A DNA stretch of 64,000 nt from Chlorobiota bacterium (GTDB lineage: Bacteria > Bacteroidota > Ignavibacteria > OLB7), in the NCBI GenBank assembly GCA_016710285.1, contig JADJXR010000001.1, positions 2,911,942 to 2,975,941 on the forward strand. Reading direction: 5' to 3'. Below the pieces are notes generated by a model. That model saw nothing but the letters and a program-made list of their open reading frames with translations. It did not search any database and was not told the DNA's origin. This document shows positions 10,617 to 19,616 of this stretch, piece after piece. The translations under genes and the position numbers were made by a program. Every line of letters starts with the position of its first letter. Position 1 is the stretch's first letter.

Positions 10617-12359
10617 ATGAACATCGAAGATCTAATATCACACTACCTTGATGGCACGCTGAGCAGTGAGGCCGAGGCCGAACTGCATCATCGCTTGTCG
10701 GTGTCGCCCGAGGCACGGAAGATCTTCAAGGCGCAGATTGCCTTGCAGGGGGTTGCCCGCGATGCGCGAGTGCTTCACACGCCAACGCTGCAGATGCGCA
10801 ACGCCCTGTTCGATCGCCTGCAGCGGGAAGAGGGGATGGGGTCCCTTGCCGATTCGCAGGCCGCAACGTTGCCAACGCCAATGGCTGCAATGATGCTGGC
10901 AGAAACTGATCCTCCCAATGCCTACCCAGTTGCAGCCAAGAACGCCGCAATCAACTCAGAGCTGGTTCAGAAGGAAGTCATTGCCGCCTCAAAAGCGGAG
11001 CGCCGCCGCCGGCGGTTGGTTGCGTTGCTGCTTCCGTTGCTGGTGCTGGTGGTTGCCTCCGGCATCGTCTGGCAATGGGATCGGGTGGGGGGTGGCAACG
11101 GCAGTGCGCCGCCAAGCCTTGCATCCGATAACTCCGAAGTCTCGGTCGGCATTGCCCAGCCACAATCGGCTCCGAAGCCAACCAGCGAAACCCTTGCTGC
11201 GAAGCAACCGGAATCTTCAGCAACGGAGCTTTCGGTGACGGAAAAAATTGGGGAGGAACTGCTGGCGATACACCAACCAGATCGGCTATCGGAACGGGCC
11301 TCGGCTCGCGAATATTCCGCAACCAGCAGCGGGCGCGGAACCGCAGCACCCACCGTTGCCGCAGCGTCGCCCGCCAGTATCGTCGTGGCCCCTGACGACA
11401 GCGCACCATTGGATGCGAGCGCACCATCGGGCGTGCCGGAAGGAGCCGATGATGGAGCGGAGGCCAGTGGTGCCGCGATCGGTGAGGAGGAATGGGGTGG
11501 CGATGCACTGGCAATATTCGATGAGGAGAGTGCCACCAGCACGCGGCGGTTCGATGCAGCCGAGGGGACAGTCGTCTTGAATGGAGTTGGCTCGCCACAG
11601 CTGCAACCACCCCCTGCCGACTCTGCCGCGTCTCCAATCCATGCTCTGCTGGCTCGCGATGAAGAAAGTAGTGTTGAGTATCTGGAGAATCCATTGCATC
11701 GGGGAACGGTGTACAGCAACACCCTTCGCTCCAGCGATGGCATCAGCTTAATGGGCCCCACAGAAGCGGCTGCCGAAAGCAGCTCCCAGGTAGATTCTGC
11801 GGCGGATTACGGTGGGGGATTGGCGTTCAGCGCGCCGCCGCCCGCGCCAATCGTTCCCGACCTTCAGGGCCGCAACCCGCGTGGCAGGAACGTCATTCCT
11901 CCTTCGAAGGATTTGCCGCCAGAAGTGCGGTTGCCGAAATCGGAAGGTCAGCTGGAATCGTACAAGACCGCAGCAGCGGAACCGGCAACGGTGGAAGCCG
12001 CCGCCGAGCAACGCTCCGCCAAACAAGGGAAGGAGAGTGGACTTGGCGCGGCGATTACCTCGGCTGATATTCTGGACCTTCAGAACAACCGCCTGACCTT
12101 CACGGAGTTGGCCACCGAGCGGCTGCTTGCCAGCAAAGCGGTGTCGCACAATGCGCGGCTGCAGCTGAATCTGGACACCGCCACGGCAATCAGCGGAACG
12201 TTGGTGGAGCAAGGGGAAGAAAAGCGGCGAACACGGGGGGAGACGCTGCTTCCGTATGAAGTGGTTGGTGGGAAGGTGGTGATTGATATCACCGCTCTTC
12301 CAGCTGCCCAACGCCAGCGGTTGCAGGAATACCTTCGCAAGCTGGGGAAAGCTGAGTAA
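10617..12359 (+). CDS. putative anti-sigma factor, single-pass membrane protein with a long low-complexity extracytoplasmic region
   Basis: Lies immediately downstream of the ECF sigma gene. The N-terminus LISHYLDGTLSSEAEAELHHRLSVSPEARKIF resembles an anti-sigma N-domain without Cys ligands. TM segment LVALLLPLLVLVVASGIVW. Confidence 0.55.
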   Translation: MNIEDLISHYLDGTLSSEAEAELHHRLSVSPEARKIFKAQIALQGVARDARVLHTPTLQMRNALFDRLQREEGMGSLADSQAATLPTPMAAMMLAETDPPNAYPVAAKNAAINSELVQKEVIAASKAERRRRRLVALLLPLLVLVVASGIVWQWDRVGGGNGSAPPSLASDNSEVSVGIAQPQSAPKPTSETLAAKQPESSATELSVTEKIGEELLAIHQPDRLSERASAREYSATSSGRGTAAPTVAAASPASIVVAPDDSAPLDASAPSGVPEGADDGAEASGAAIGEEEWGGDALAIFDEESATSTRRFDAAEGTVVLNGVGSPQLQPPPADSAASPIHALLARDEESSVEYLENPLHRGTVYSNTLRSSDGISLMGPTEAAAESSSQVDSAADYGGGLAFSAPPPAPIVPDLQGRNPRGRNVIPPSKDLPPEVRLPKSEGQLESYKTAAAEPATVEAAAEQRSAKQGKESGLGAAITSADILDLQNNRLTFTELATERLLASKAVSHNARLQLNLDTATAISGTLVEQGEEKRRTRGETLLPYEVVGGKVVIDITALPAAQRQRLQEYLRKLGKAE

Positions 12360-12400
12360 GCGAACGTTCGACACAGAGTGAGTGAGAGAGGGGAGATTAT

Positions 12401-12433
12401 GCCGCCCGAAGCCAGAACATGGTTTCGGGCGGC
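12401..12433 (+). terminator. terminator-like hairpin after the anti-sigma gene
   Basis: 10-bp stem gccgcccgaa / ttcgggcggc with a 13-nt loop and a weak T tract (ggtcgtttg). Confidence 0.35.
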
Positions 12434-12713
12434 GGTCGTTTGCGGCGGCTCCTTATCGGAATGTTGCAGCATGACATCCGTCAGGGTTGCGTGGCTGGGG
12501 AATTGCCGTAATTCGCAGGTTGGAAACCCAAAAAAAACGGGGAAAACGCTTGGATAGGAATGCTCAATTCGTAAATTCGCCGCGCCTTTCTCCAACGGTC
12601 GCGTGGATTCTTAACCGGCTGATTGCCGGTTGCGATCCCTCTGCTGGTTACTCCAAACGTTTCAAACACAGGTCCCCGCTGGGGCTATCAACTTCTGGAT
12701 TACTCACACTGCC

Positions 12714-13427
12714 ATGAAGGAACCAAACAAGCTGTTATCAGCGCTGACCTCGCAGGTGGGGCGCAAGCTGCTGACGGGCATCACCGGCGTTCTGCTGGTG
12801 CTGTTCCTGATCTCGCACCTCTCCGCTAATCTTGCCTTGCTCAACTCGGATCCAACTCCGTTCAACCAGTACACCCAAAACCTTCACAACTTTGGGATGC
12901 TGCTGATTATCGTGGAGATCGGCTTGGGGCTTGTCATCCTGCTGCACGCCTATGTTGGCATTGCCATTATGCTGCGTAAGCGTGCGGCGCGCAAGCAAGG
13001 CTACGATGTTGTGGCCAGCAAAGGGGGACCAAGTCGCCAGTCGCTTTCCTCGCGGACGATGGCCGTTACCGGCAGCATCCTGCTGATCTTCCTGGTGATC
13101 CACATCGTTCAAATGCGCTTTGGTCCAAACATCAGCCAGGGATATACGGCTGTCATCAATGGCCAAGAAGCCCGCGACCTGCACCGCTTGGTGGTGGAGG
13201 TCTTCTCGAACATCTGGTGGGTTGCTTTTTATGTTGGGGTGATGATCATGCTGGGCTTCCATTTGCGGCATGGTATCTGGAGCGCGCTGCAATCGCTTGC
13301 GGCAATGAAACCCCGCTACTCAACAGCCATTTATTCCGTTGCCTTTGTGCTTGCGGTGCTGCTTGCTGTTGGGTTCCTGTTCCTTCCTATCTGGATGTAC
13401 ATTAATCACCGAGGAGCCACCGTATGA
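12714..13427 (+). CDS. sdhC: succinate dehydrogenase / fumarate reductase cytochrome b subunit (b558 family)
   Basis: ATG at 12714. Multi-TM protein with conserved His residues. The stop overlaps the sdhA start (ATGA at 13424). Confidence 0.85.
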   Translation: MKEPNKLLSALTSQVGRKLLTGITGVLLVLFLISHLSANLALLNSDPTPFNQYTQNLHNFGMLLIIVEIGLGLVILLHAYVGIAIMLRKRAARKQGYDVVASKGGPSRQSLSSRTMAVTGSILLIFLVIHIVQMRFGPNISQGYTAVINGQEARDLHRLVVEVFSNIWWVAFYVGVMIMLGFHLRHGIWSALQSLAAMKPRYSTAIYSVAFVLAVLLAVGFLFLPIWMYINHRGATV

Positions 13428-15358
13428 GCCAGAACCCAACGCATCCAAAACTGGACGCAAAAATCCCTTCTGGGCATATCAGCGAGAAGTGGACGAACTT
13501 TAAATCCACCGCAAAGCTGGTAAACCCGAACAACAAGCGGAAGCATACCATCATCGTGGTGGGAACGGGGCTGGCTGGCGGATCGGCGGCAGCTTCGTTG
13601 GCCGAGCTTGGCTACAACGTCAAAGCGTTCTGCATCCAAGATTCCGCCCGGCGTGCCCACAGCATTGCGGCGCAAGGGGGGATCAACGCCGCCAAAAACT
13701 ACCCGAACGATGGCGACTCCATCTGGCGGCTATTCTACGACACCGTAAAAGGTGGCGACTACCGCGCCCGCGAAGGGAACGTCTATCGCTTGGCCCAGAT
13801 CAGCAACAACATCATTGACCAGTGCGTGGCCCAGGGGGTTCCGTTCGCGCGGGAGTACAGCGGGCTGCTGGCAAACCGCTCGTTCGGCGGCGCGCAGGTT
13901 AGCCGGACCTTCTACGCCCGCGGGCAGACAGGCCAGCAACTTCTGCTTGGAGCCTACCAGGCAATGGAGAAAATGGTGGGTGCCGGAAAAATCCAGATGT
14001 ACGCCCGGCACGAAATGTTGGACCTTGTTGTTGTTGATGGCAAAGCGCGTGGCATTATCGTGCGGGACCTTGTCACCGGCGAAATTGAACGCCACGCTGC
14101 CGATGCCGTGCTGCTTTGCACCGGCGGCTACGGCAACGTCTACTACCTTTCCACCAACGCAAAAAACTCCAACGTCACGGCGGCGTGGCGGTGCTTCAAG
14201 CGGGGCGCGTTTTTTGCGAACCCTTGTTTCACGCAGATCCATCCAACCTGCATTCCGGTCAGTGGTGATTATCAATCCAAACTTACCCTGATGAGCGAAA
14301 GCCTTCGGAACGATGGCCGCGTCTGGGTTCCGAAAAACATCGGCGACAAACGCTCGCCGGAGCAGATACCGGAAGAGGATCGCGATTACTACCTGGAGCG
14401 GAAGTATCCCAGCTTCGGCAACCTTGTCCCGCGCGACGTTGCCAGCCGCAACGCAAAGGAGCAAGCCGACGGCGGAAAAGGCGTTGGGGACACCGGCATG
14501 GCGGTCTATCTCGATTTTGCCGACTCCATCCGCCGGCTTGGCGACGCAACCATCAGCGAGCGGTATGGGAACCTGTTCCAGATGTACGAGAAGATCACCG
14601 GCGAGGACCCGTACAAGGTCCCGATGCGGATATATCCTGCGGTTCACTACACCATGGGGGGCTTGTGGGTGGATTATCATTTAATGAGCACCATCCCCGG
14701 GCTGTTTGTGCTGGGCGAAGCAAACTTCAGCGACCACGGCGCAAACCGGCTTGGCGCAAGCGCGCTGATGCAAGGGCTTGCCGATGGCTACTTCGTGATC
14801 CCCTACACGCTTGGTAACTACATTGCCAACAATACCTTCCCGAAGGTTGACGAATCGAACGAAGCCTTTGCCGCAACCGAGAACGAAGCCCGCGAGCGAA
14901 TCAGCCAACTTCTAAACGTCAACGGAACCAAGACGGTGCAGGAATACCACCGCTCGCTTGGGAAGGTGATGTGGGATTACGTTGGCATGGGGCGCAACCG
15001 CGAAGGGTTGCAGCACGCCATTACCGAGATCGGAAAAATGCGCCAAGAGTATTGGCAAAACGTGAAGATCCCTGGGGAGCGCAACACCATGAACAAAAGC
15101 CTTGAATTCGCCGGGCGCGTTGCCGATTTCATGGAACTTGGCGAGCTGATGGCCCGCGATGCCTTGCAGCGGGAAGAATCGTGCGGCGGGCATTTCCGCG
15201 AAGAATACCAGACCGAAGAAGGGGAGGCCAAACGGGACGACGAAAACTTCAGCTTTGCCGCCGCGTGGGAGTATCAAGGGGAAGGAACCTTGCCGACGAT
15301 GAACAAAGAACCACTCACCTTTGAATACGTTGCGCCAACACAGCGCAGCTACAAATAA
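13424..15358 (+). CDS. sdhA: succinate dehydrogenase / fumarate reductase flavoprotein subunit
   Basis: [15 protein letters not shown]-binding fold, [12 protein letters not shown] (covalent FAD His region), [10 protein letters not shown]. Confidence 0.95.
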   Translation: MSQNPTHPKLDAKIPSGHISEKWTNFKSTAKLVNPNNKRKHTIIVVGTGLAGGSAAASLAELGYNVKAFCIQDSARRAHSIAAQGGINAAKNYPNDGDSIWRLFYDTVKGGDYRAREGNVYRLAQISNNIIDQCVAQGVPFAREYSGLLANRSFGGAQVSRTFYARGQTGQQLLLGAYQAMEKMVGAGKIQMYARHEMLDLVVVDGKARGIIVRDLVTGEIERHAADAVLLCTGGYGNVYYLSTNAKNSNVTAAWRCFKRGAFFANPCFTQIHPTCIPVSGDYQSKLTLMSESLRNDGRVWVPKNIGDKRSPEQIPEEDRDYYLERKYPSFGNLVPRDVASRNAKEQADGGKGVGDTGMAVYLDFADSIRRLGDATISERYGNLFQMYEKITGEDPYKVPMRIYPAVHYTMGGLWVDYHLMSTIPGLFVLGEANFSDHGANRLGASALMQGLADGYFVIPYTLGNYIANNTFPKVDESNEAFAATENEARERISQLLNVNGTKTVQEYHRSLGKVMWDYVGMGRNREGLQHAITEIGKMRQEYWQNVKIPGERNTMNKSLEFAGRVADFMELGELMARDALQREESCGGHFREEYQTEEGEAKRDDENFSFAAAWEYQGEGTLPTMNKEPLTFEYVAPTQRSYK

Positions 15359-15372
15359 CAGGGAAGCGCACG

Positions 15373-16131
15373 ATGAGTGATACACTAATGACCATCCATT
15401 TGAAGGTGTGGCGGCAAGATTCGCCGACGCAGCCCGGAAAGTTTGTCCAGTACGCCGTTCCGGGGGTGAACCCCCACATGTCCTTCCTGGAAATGTTCGA
15501 CCTGCTGAACGAGCAGTTGTCGGCAAAAGGTGAGGTCCCCGTGGAGTTCGATAACGACTGCCGCGAAGGGATTTGCGGGTCCTGCAGCATGGTAATTAAC
15601 GGAATGCCCCACGGCCCGCAGCGCGGAACCGCCGCGTGCCAGCTTCACATGCGGCATTTCAACGATGGCGACCACATCGTTGTTGAACCGTGGCGCGCCG
15701 CTGCCTTCCCGATGATTCGCGACTTGGTGGTGGACCGCAGCTCGCTGGACCGGATTATCGCCGCTGGCGGGTTCATCAGCACCAACACCGGCGCGCCCCC
15801 CGATGCCAACTCGCTTCCGGTCAGCAAAGCCGACAGCGACCGTGCGTTCGATTACGCCGCGTGCATCGGTTGCGGGGCCTGCGTTGCCGCCTGCCCGAAC
15901 GCAAGCGCGTCGCTCTTCACCGCCGCAAAAATTGGCCACCTTGCGCTGCTGCCACAAGGCGCGCCGGAGCGGAAACGCCGCGTTATCAACATGGTGGAGC
16001 AGATGGAGAAGGAAGGCTTTGGCGATTGCTCCAACCACGGCGAATGCGAAGCCGCTTGCCCGAAGGAGATCAGCATCAGCGCAATCGCGACCATGCGCCG
16101 GGAGTATGTGAAGGCGGTAGTGGGAAGCTAA
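15373..16131 (+). CDS. sdhB: succinate dehydrogenase / fumarate reductase iron-sulfur subunit
   Basis: [11 protein letters not shown] (2Fe-2S), [13 protein letters not shown] and [13 protein letters not shown] (4Fe-4S / 3Fe-4S) cysteine clusters. Confidence 0.95.
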   Translation: MSDTLMTIHLKVWRQDSPTQPGKFVQYAVPGVNPHMSFLEMFDLLNEQLSAKGEVPVEFDNDCREGICGSCSMVINGMPHGPQRGTAACQLHMRHFNDGDHIVVEPWRAAAFPMIRDLVVDRSSLDRIIAAGGFISTNTGAPPDANSLPVSKADSDRAFDYAACIGCGACVAACPNASASLFTAAKIGHLALLPQGAPERKRRVINMVEQMEKEGFGDCSNHGECEAACPKEISISAIATMRREYVKAVVGS

Positions 16132-16161
16132 CTGGCGCACGCATCGAATGAAGACAACACA

Positions 16162-16200
16162 CAGTGCCATTCACGTTACCGTTGAATGGCACTGCTTGTT
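16162..16200 (+). terminator. terminator candidate after sdhB
   Basis: 12-bp stem cagtgccattca / tgaatggcactg with a 9-nt loop, followed by cttgtt. Confidence 0.5.
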
Positions 16201-16363
16201 ATCAAGGGGCTGCCGTTGCGCGGGGCATTGGCCAGGCAGGCTTTTGAAAAGCCAACCGTTACGAAAAGTCTGCTAAAGCCGGTGGCTGCCGGAGTTTTTC
16301 TTACTTTTGGCCGCTTAATTCTGGCCGCGACTGTTCCCTAACTCAACCGCACTGATAGACCGC

Positions 16364-17089
16364 ATGGACCATCCACAATACAAGCGAATTTTGCTGAAGC
16401 TCAGCGGCGAAGCCCTTATGGGGGAAGCCGGCTACGGCATTGACCCGCAGATGCTGGAGACTTTTGCCAGCGAGGTGGAGACGATCTATCAGCTTGGTGT
16501 GGAAATTGGAATCGTCATTGGCGGCGGCAATATCTATCGCGGAATCCAAGCCGCTGCCGAAGGGATTCACAAGGTGACGGGGGACTACATGGGGATGCTG
16601 GCCACGGTGATGAACGCCCTGGCAATGCAAAGCGCGTTGGAGAATCGGGGCATCACCACCCGGCTGCAAACAGCGATTAAAATGGAGCAGATTGCCGAGC
16701 CGTTCATCCGCCGCCGTGCCGTGCGCCACCTTGAAAAAGGGCGTGTGGTGATCTTTGGCGCGGGAACCGGCAACCCGTACTTCACCACCGATACCGCCGC
16801 CGCGCTTCGGGCAATCGAGATTGAAGCCGGCGCGCTGATTATGGGGAAGAATGGCGTTGACGGCATCTACAACGCCGACCCCCGCACGAACCCCACCGCC
16901 CAGCGATACGACCACGTCACCTACCGCGAAGTCCACGAACGCAACCTGCGGGTGATGGACCTAACCGCCATCACCCTTTGCCAGGAAAATCGCCTTCCCA
17001 TTATCGTCTTCAACATGAGCCAGCCGGGCAACCTGAAACGGCTGATCCTGGGGGAACATATCGGAACCGTGGTGCGGGGCGAAGGGTGA
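16364..17089 (+). CDS. pyrH: UMP kinase
   Basis: [16 protein letters not shown]...[12 protein letters not shown]...[19 protein letters not shown] is canonical PyrH. Confidence 0.96.
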   Translation: MDHPQYKRILLKLSGEALMGEAGYGIDPQMLETFASEVETIYQLGVEIGIVIGGGNIYRGIQAAAEGIHKVTGDYMGMLATVMNALAMQSALENRGITTRLQTAIKMEQIAEPFIRRRAVRHLEKGRVVIFGAGTGNPYFTTDTAAALRAIEIEAGALIMGKNGVDGIYNADPRTNPTAQRYDHVTYREVHERNLRVMDLTAITLCQENRLPIIVFNMSQPGNLKRLILGEHIGTVVRGEG

Positions 17090-17173
17090 AAGAATTGGCG
17101 GAGATGGAAAGCGGGGAAAGCCTTGCCGCAACATTGAACAACCAACGCATAGAACAGCTATTCAAGAACCACT

Positions 17174-17734
17174 ATGGATGTTAAACTGATCCTTGCCGAA
17201 GCCGAAGGCAGCATGAAAAAAGCAATCGAGCATTGCGCGATTGACTTCGCAAAAATCCGCACCGGGCGCGCCACGCCAAGCCTGTTGGATTCCGTGCGGG
17301 TGGATTATTACGGGTCGCTGGTGCCGATTTCGCAGGTGGCCAACGTCACCACCCCCGATGCCACGATGATCGTTGTGCAGCCGTGGGAAAAAAATATGAT
17401 TGGGCCGATTGATCGGGCAATCCAAGCCGCCAATCTGGGCCTGAACCCGGCGAACGATGGCGTGGTGCTTCGCCTGCCGATTCCCCCCCTAACCGAAGAA
17501 CGCCGCCGCGAGATTGCAAAAATGGCCAAGAAGGTTGCCGAGGACTCCAAGATCGGTGTCCGCAACGCACGCCGCGATGCCATGGAGGCTTTGAAAAAGG
17601 CCGAAAAAGAGGAGCACATGAGCGAGGACGCACGCAAGGGTGGGGAAGCCGACGTGCAAAAACTGACCGACCGCTACATTGCCGAAATCGAAAAACTGTT
17701 CGCTGAAAAAGAGAAGGATATTCTGTCGGTGTAA
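17174..17734 (+). CDS. frr: ribosome recycling factor
   Basis: 186 aa. RTGRATPSLLDSVRVDYYGS...LGLNPANDG...IPPLTEERRRE is canonical Frr. Typical pyrH-frr synteny. Confidence 0.96.
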   Translation: MDVKLILAEAEGSMKKAIEHCAIDFAKIRTGRATPSLLDSVRVDYYGSLVPISQVANVTTPDATMIVVQPWEKNMIGPIDRAIQAANLGLNPANDGVVLRLPIPPLTEERRREIAKMAKKVAEDSKIGVRNARRDAMEALKKAEKEEHMSEDARKGGEADVQKLTDRYIAEIEKLFAEKEKDILSV

Positions 17735-17804
17735 GCCGACCCCTTCAGCCGATCCGATACCTGGCCCGATACCTGATTTTCCAACAACCGACTTCCGCTC
17801 AACT

Positions 17805-18839
17805 ATGGATTCTCACAACGATTCCCCTTTCGTTCCGCCGCATCACGACGGTGAGGTTCGCAATGGTCGCGAGCATCATACGCTCATCATCATGGGGTCC
17901 GGCCCTGCGGGGCTGACGGCGGCGTTGTATGCCGCCCGTGCCAACCTAAAACCGGTCATCCTTGAGGGGAACGTCCCCGGCGGGCAGCTTACTATCACCA
18001 CCGATGTTGAGAACTACCCCGGGTTCGAAAAAGGGATCATGGGGCCGGAGATGATGGAGATCTTTCGCCGCCAAGCCCAGCGATTCGGGGCCGATTGCCG
18101 GTTCGAGTTTGTGGACGAAGTGGACCTAAGCCAGCGCCCGTTCAAACTGAAAACCGATCGCGGCAACCTTCTTTCCTGCGATGCCTTGATTGTTGCCACC
18201 GGCGCATCGGCAAGGCTGCTGAACTTGGAGTCGGAAGCCTTCTTCATGGGCTACGGCGTTAGCGCGTGCGCCACCTGCGACGGGTTCTTCTACCGTGGGA
18301 AGGAAGTTCTGGTGGTGGGGGGGGGCGACACCGCAATGGAGGAGGCGAACTACCTTACCCGTTTTGCCAGCAAGGTGACGCTGATCCACCGCCGCGACAC
18401 CTTCCGCGCTTCCAAAATCATGGTGGATAGGGTGTTGGCCAATCCCAAAGTTGAGGTGATTTATGATGCCAACGTGGTGAACGTAATCGGCGACAGCTCC
18501 CCGATGAAATCCATGACCGGAGTGGTGCTGCGCAGCACCAAAACGGGGGAAACATGGGAGATGAAGGCCGACGGATTGTTCATCGCCATTGGCCACAAGC
18601 CGAACACCGAAGTCTTCCACGGGCAGCTTCAGACCGACACGAACGGCTATCTGATCACCAAAGGAAAAAGCACCTACACCAACGTTGATGGAGTGTTCGC
18701 CTGTGGCGACGTTCAGGACCACGTCTATCGCCAAGCGGTCTCGGCCGCCGGAAGCGGTTGCATGGCCGCGATTGATGCCGAACGCTGGCTGGAAGTGCAA
18801 GCCCACCACAACGCAGGAATGTCGGCAGTGGGGAAGTAG
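17805..18839 (+). CDS. trxB: thioredoxin-disulfide reductase
   Basis: ATG at 17805. GSGPAGLTAALYAARA, redox-active CATCDG, GGGDTAMEEA and a GDVQD C-terminal FAD motif. Confidence 0.93.
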   Translation: MDSHNDSPFVPPHHDGEVRNGREHHTLIIMGSGPAGLTAALYAARANLKPVILEGNVPGGQLTITTDVENYPGFEKGIMGPEMMEIFRRQAQRFGADCRFEFVDEVDLSQRPFKLKTDRGNLLSCDALIVATGASARLLNLESEAFFMGYGVSACATCDGFFYRGKEVLVVGGGDTAMEEANYLTRFASKVTLIHRRDTFRASKIMVDRVLANPKVEVIYDANVVNVIGDSSPMKSMTGVVLRSTKTGETWEMKADGLFIAIGHKPNTEVFHGQLQTDTNGYLITKGKSTYTNVDGVFACGDVQDHVYRQAVSAAGSGCMAAIDAERWLEVQAHHNAGMSAVGK

Positions 18840-18923
18840 GGGGCTTGCAAGGTGGTTCTTGACTGCGGGAGCGCAACGCAATTTTGCGCCTTGTTGCTCC
18901 CACTCGATTTCTAACACTCTCCT

Positions 18924-18965
18924 AAAAAAAACGCAGGGTGCTTCTTTCTTCAAGAAGCACCCTGC
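18924..18965 (-). terminator. rho-independent terminator of the 18997..22332 gene
   Basis: gcagggtgcttc...gaagcaccctgc hairpin (18933-18965). An A8 run on the + strand gives a U-run on the - strand. The element is duplicated identically at 22556-22597. Confidence 0.8.
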
Positions 18966-19616
18966 GTTGGTTATCGGCGTGCGCGTTGCTGCGCGATTAC
19001 TTGGCCACGACCATCGAACGAGTGATCGTCTGGCCGTTGACGCTCAGGCGGTAGTGGTAGCTGCCGCTGTTCAACTCACGGACGCTGAAGCTGACGCTGT
19101 GGTCGCCGGCGGCGCGTGCACCTTCGTCAAGGGTCAGCACTTCCTGGCCTTGCTCGTTGTAGAGCTTCACCGAGACGTTCCCGGCATTGGCCAAACGGTA
19201 GGCCAGCTTCACAAGGTCGCGGCCTGGGTTTGGTGTGGTTTGCCACAGTGTTGTGCCGTTTGCGCCAAAGGTCGCGTCCACGCTGCTGGTTCCGTTGGAT
19301 TCGCCAGTTCCTGGCTGGATGCGTGTAGCGGTTCCTCCAAGCTGGACGGTCAACGCGCCGTTGGTGGCGTTGCTGTTGATGGTCAAGGTAGCGGTGGAGG
19401 TTCCCTGGTTCAGCGGACGGTAGGTGACTTCAAGGAACTCACTCTGTCCCGGGGCCAAGCTGGTGCGTGGCAGGCGACCCAGGGTGTAATCGGTGGAAGT
19501 TGCGCCGGTGATGGTTGTGGTTCCCAACCGCAGCGGGGCCGTCCCATTGTTGGTAATCATCACCGTTTGGCGTGCGACCTTCCCAACCGGAATCGTCACG
19601 TTGTCGAACAACGAGG
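18924..19616. repeat. copy 1 of an approx. 690-bp near-identical segment (3' CDS end plus terminator) shared with 22556..23248
   Basis: Manual alignment at a constant offset of 3632 nt. The first approx. 88 nt are identical. I count about 31 mismatches over approx. 685 nt (around 95%), then similarity drops abruptly. Confidence 0.9.
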
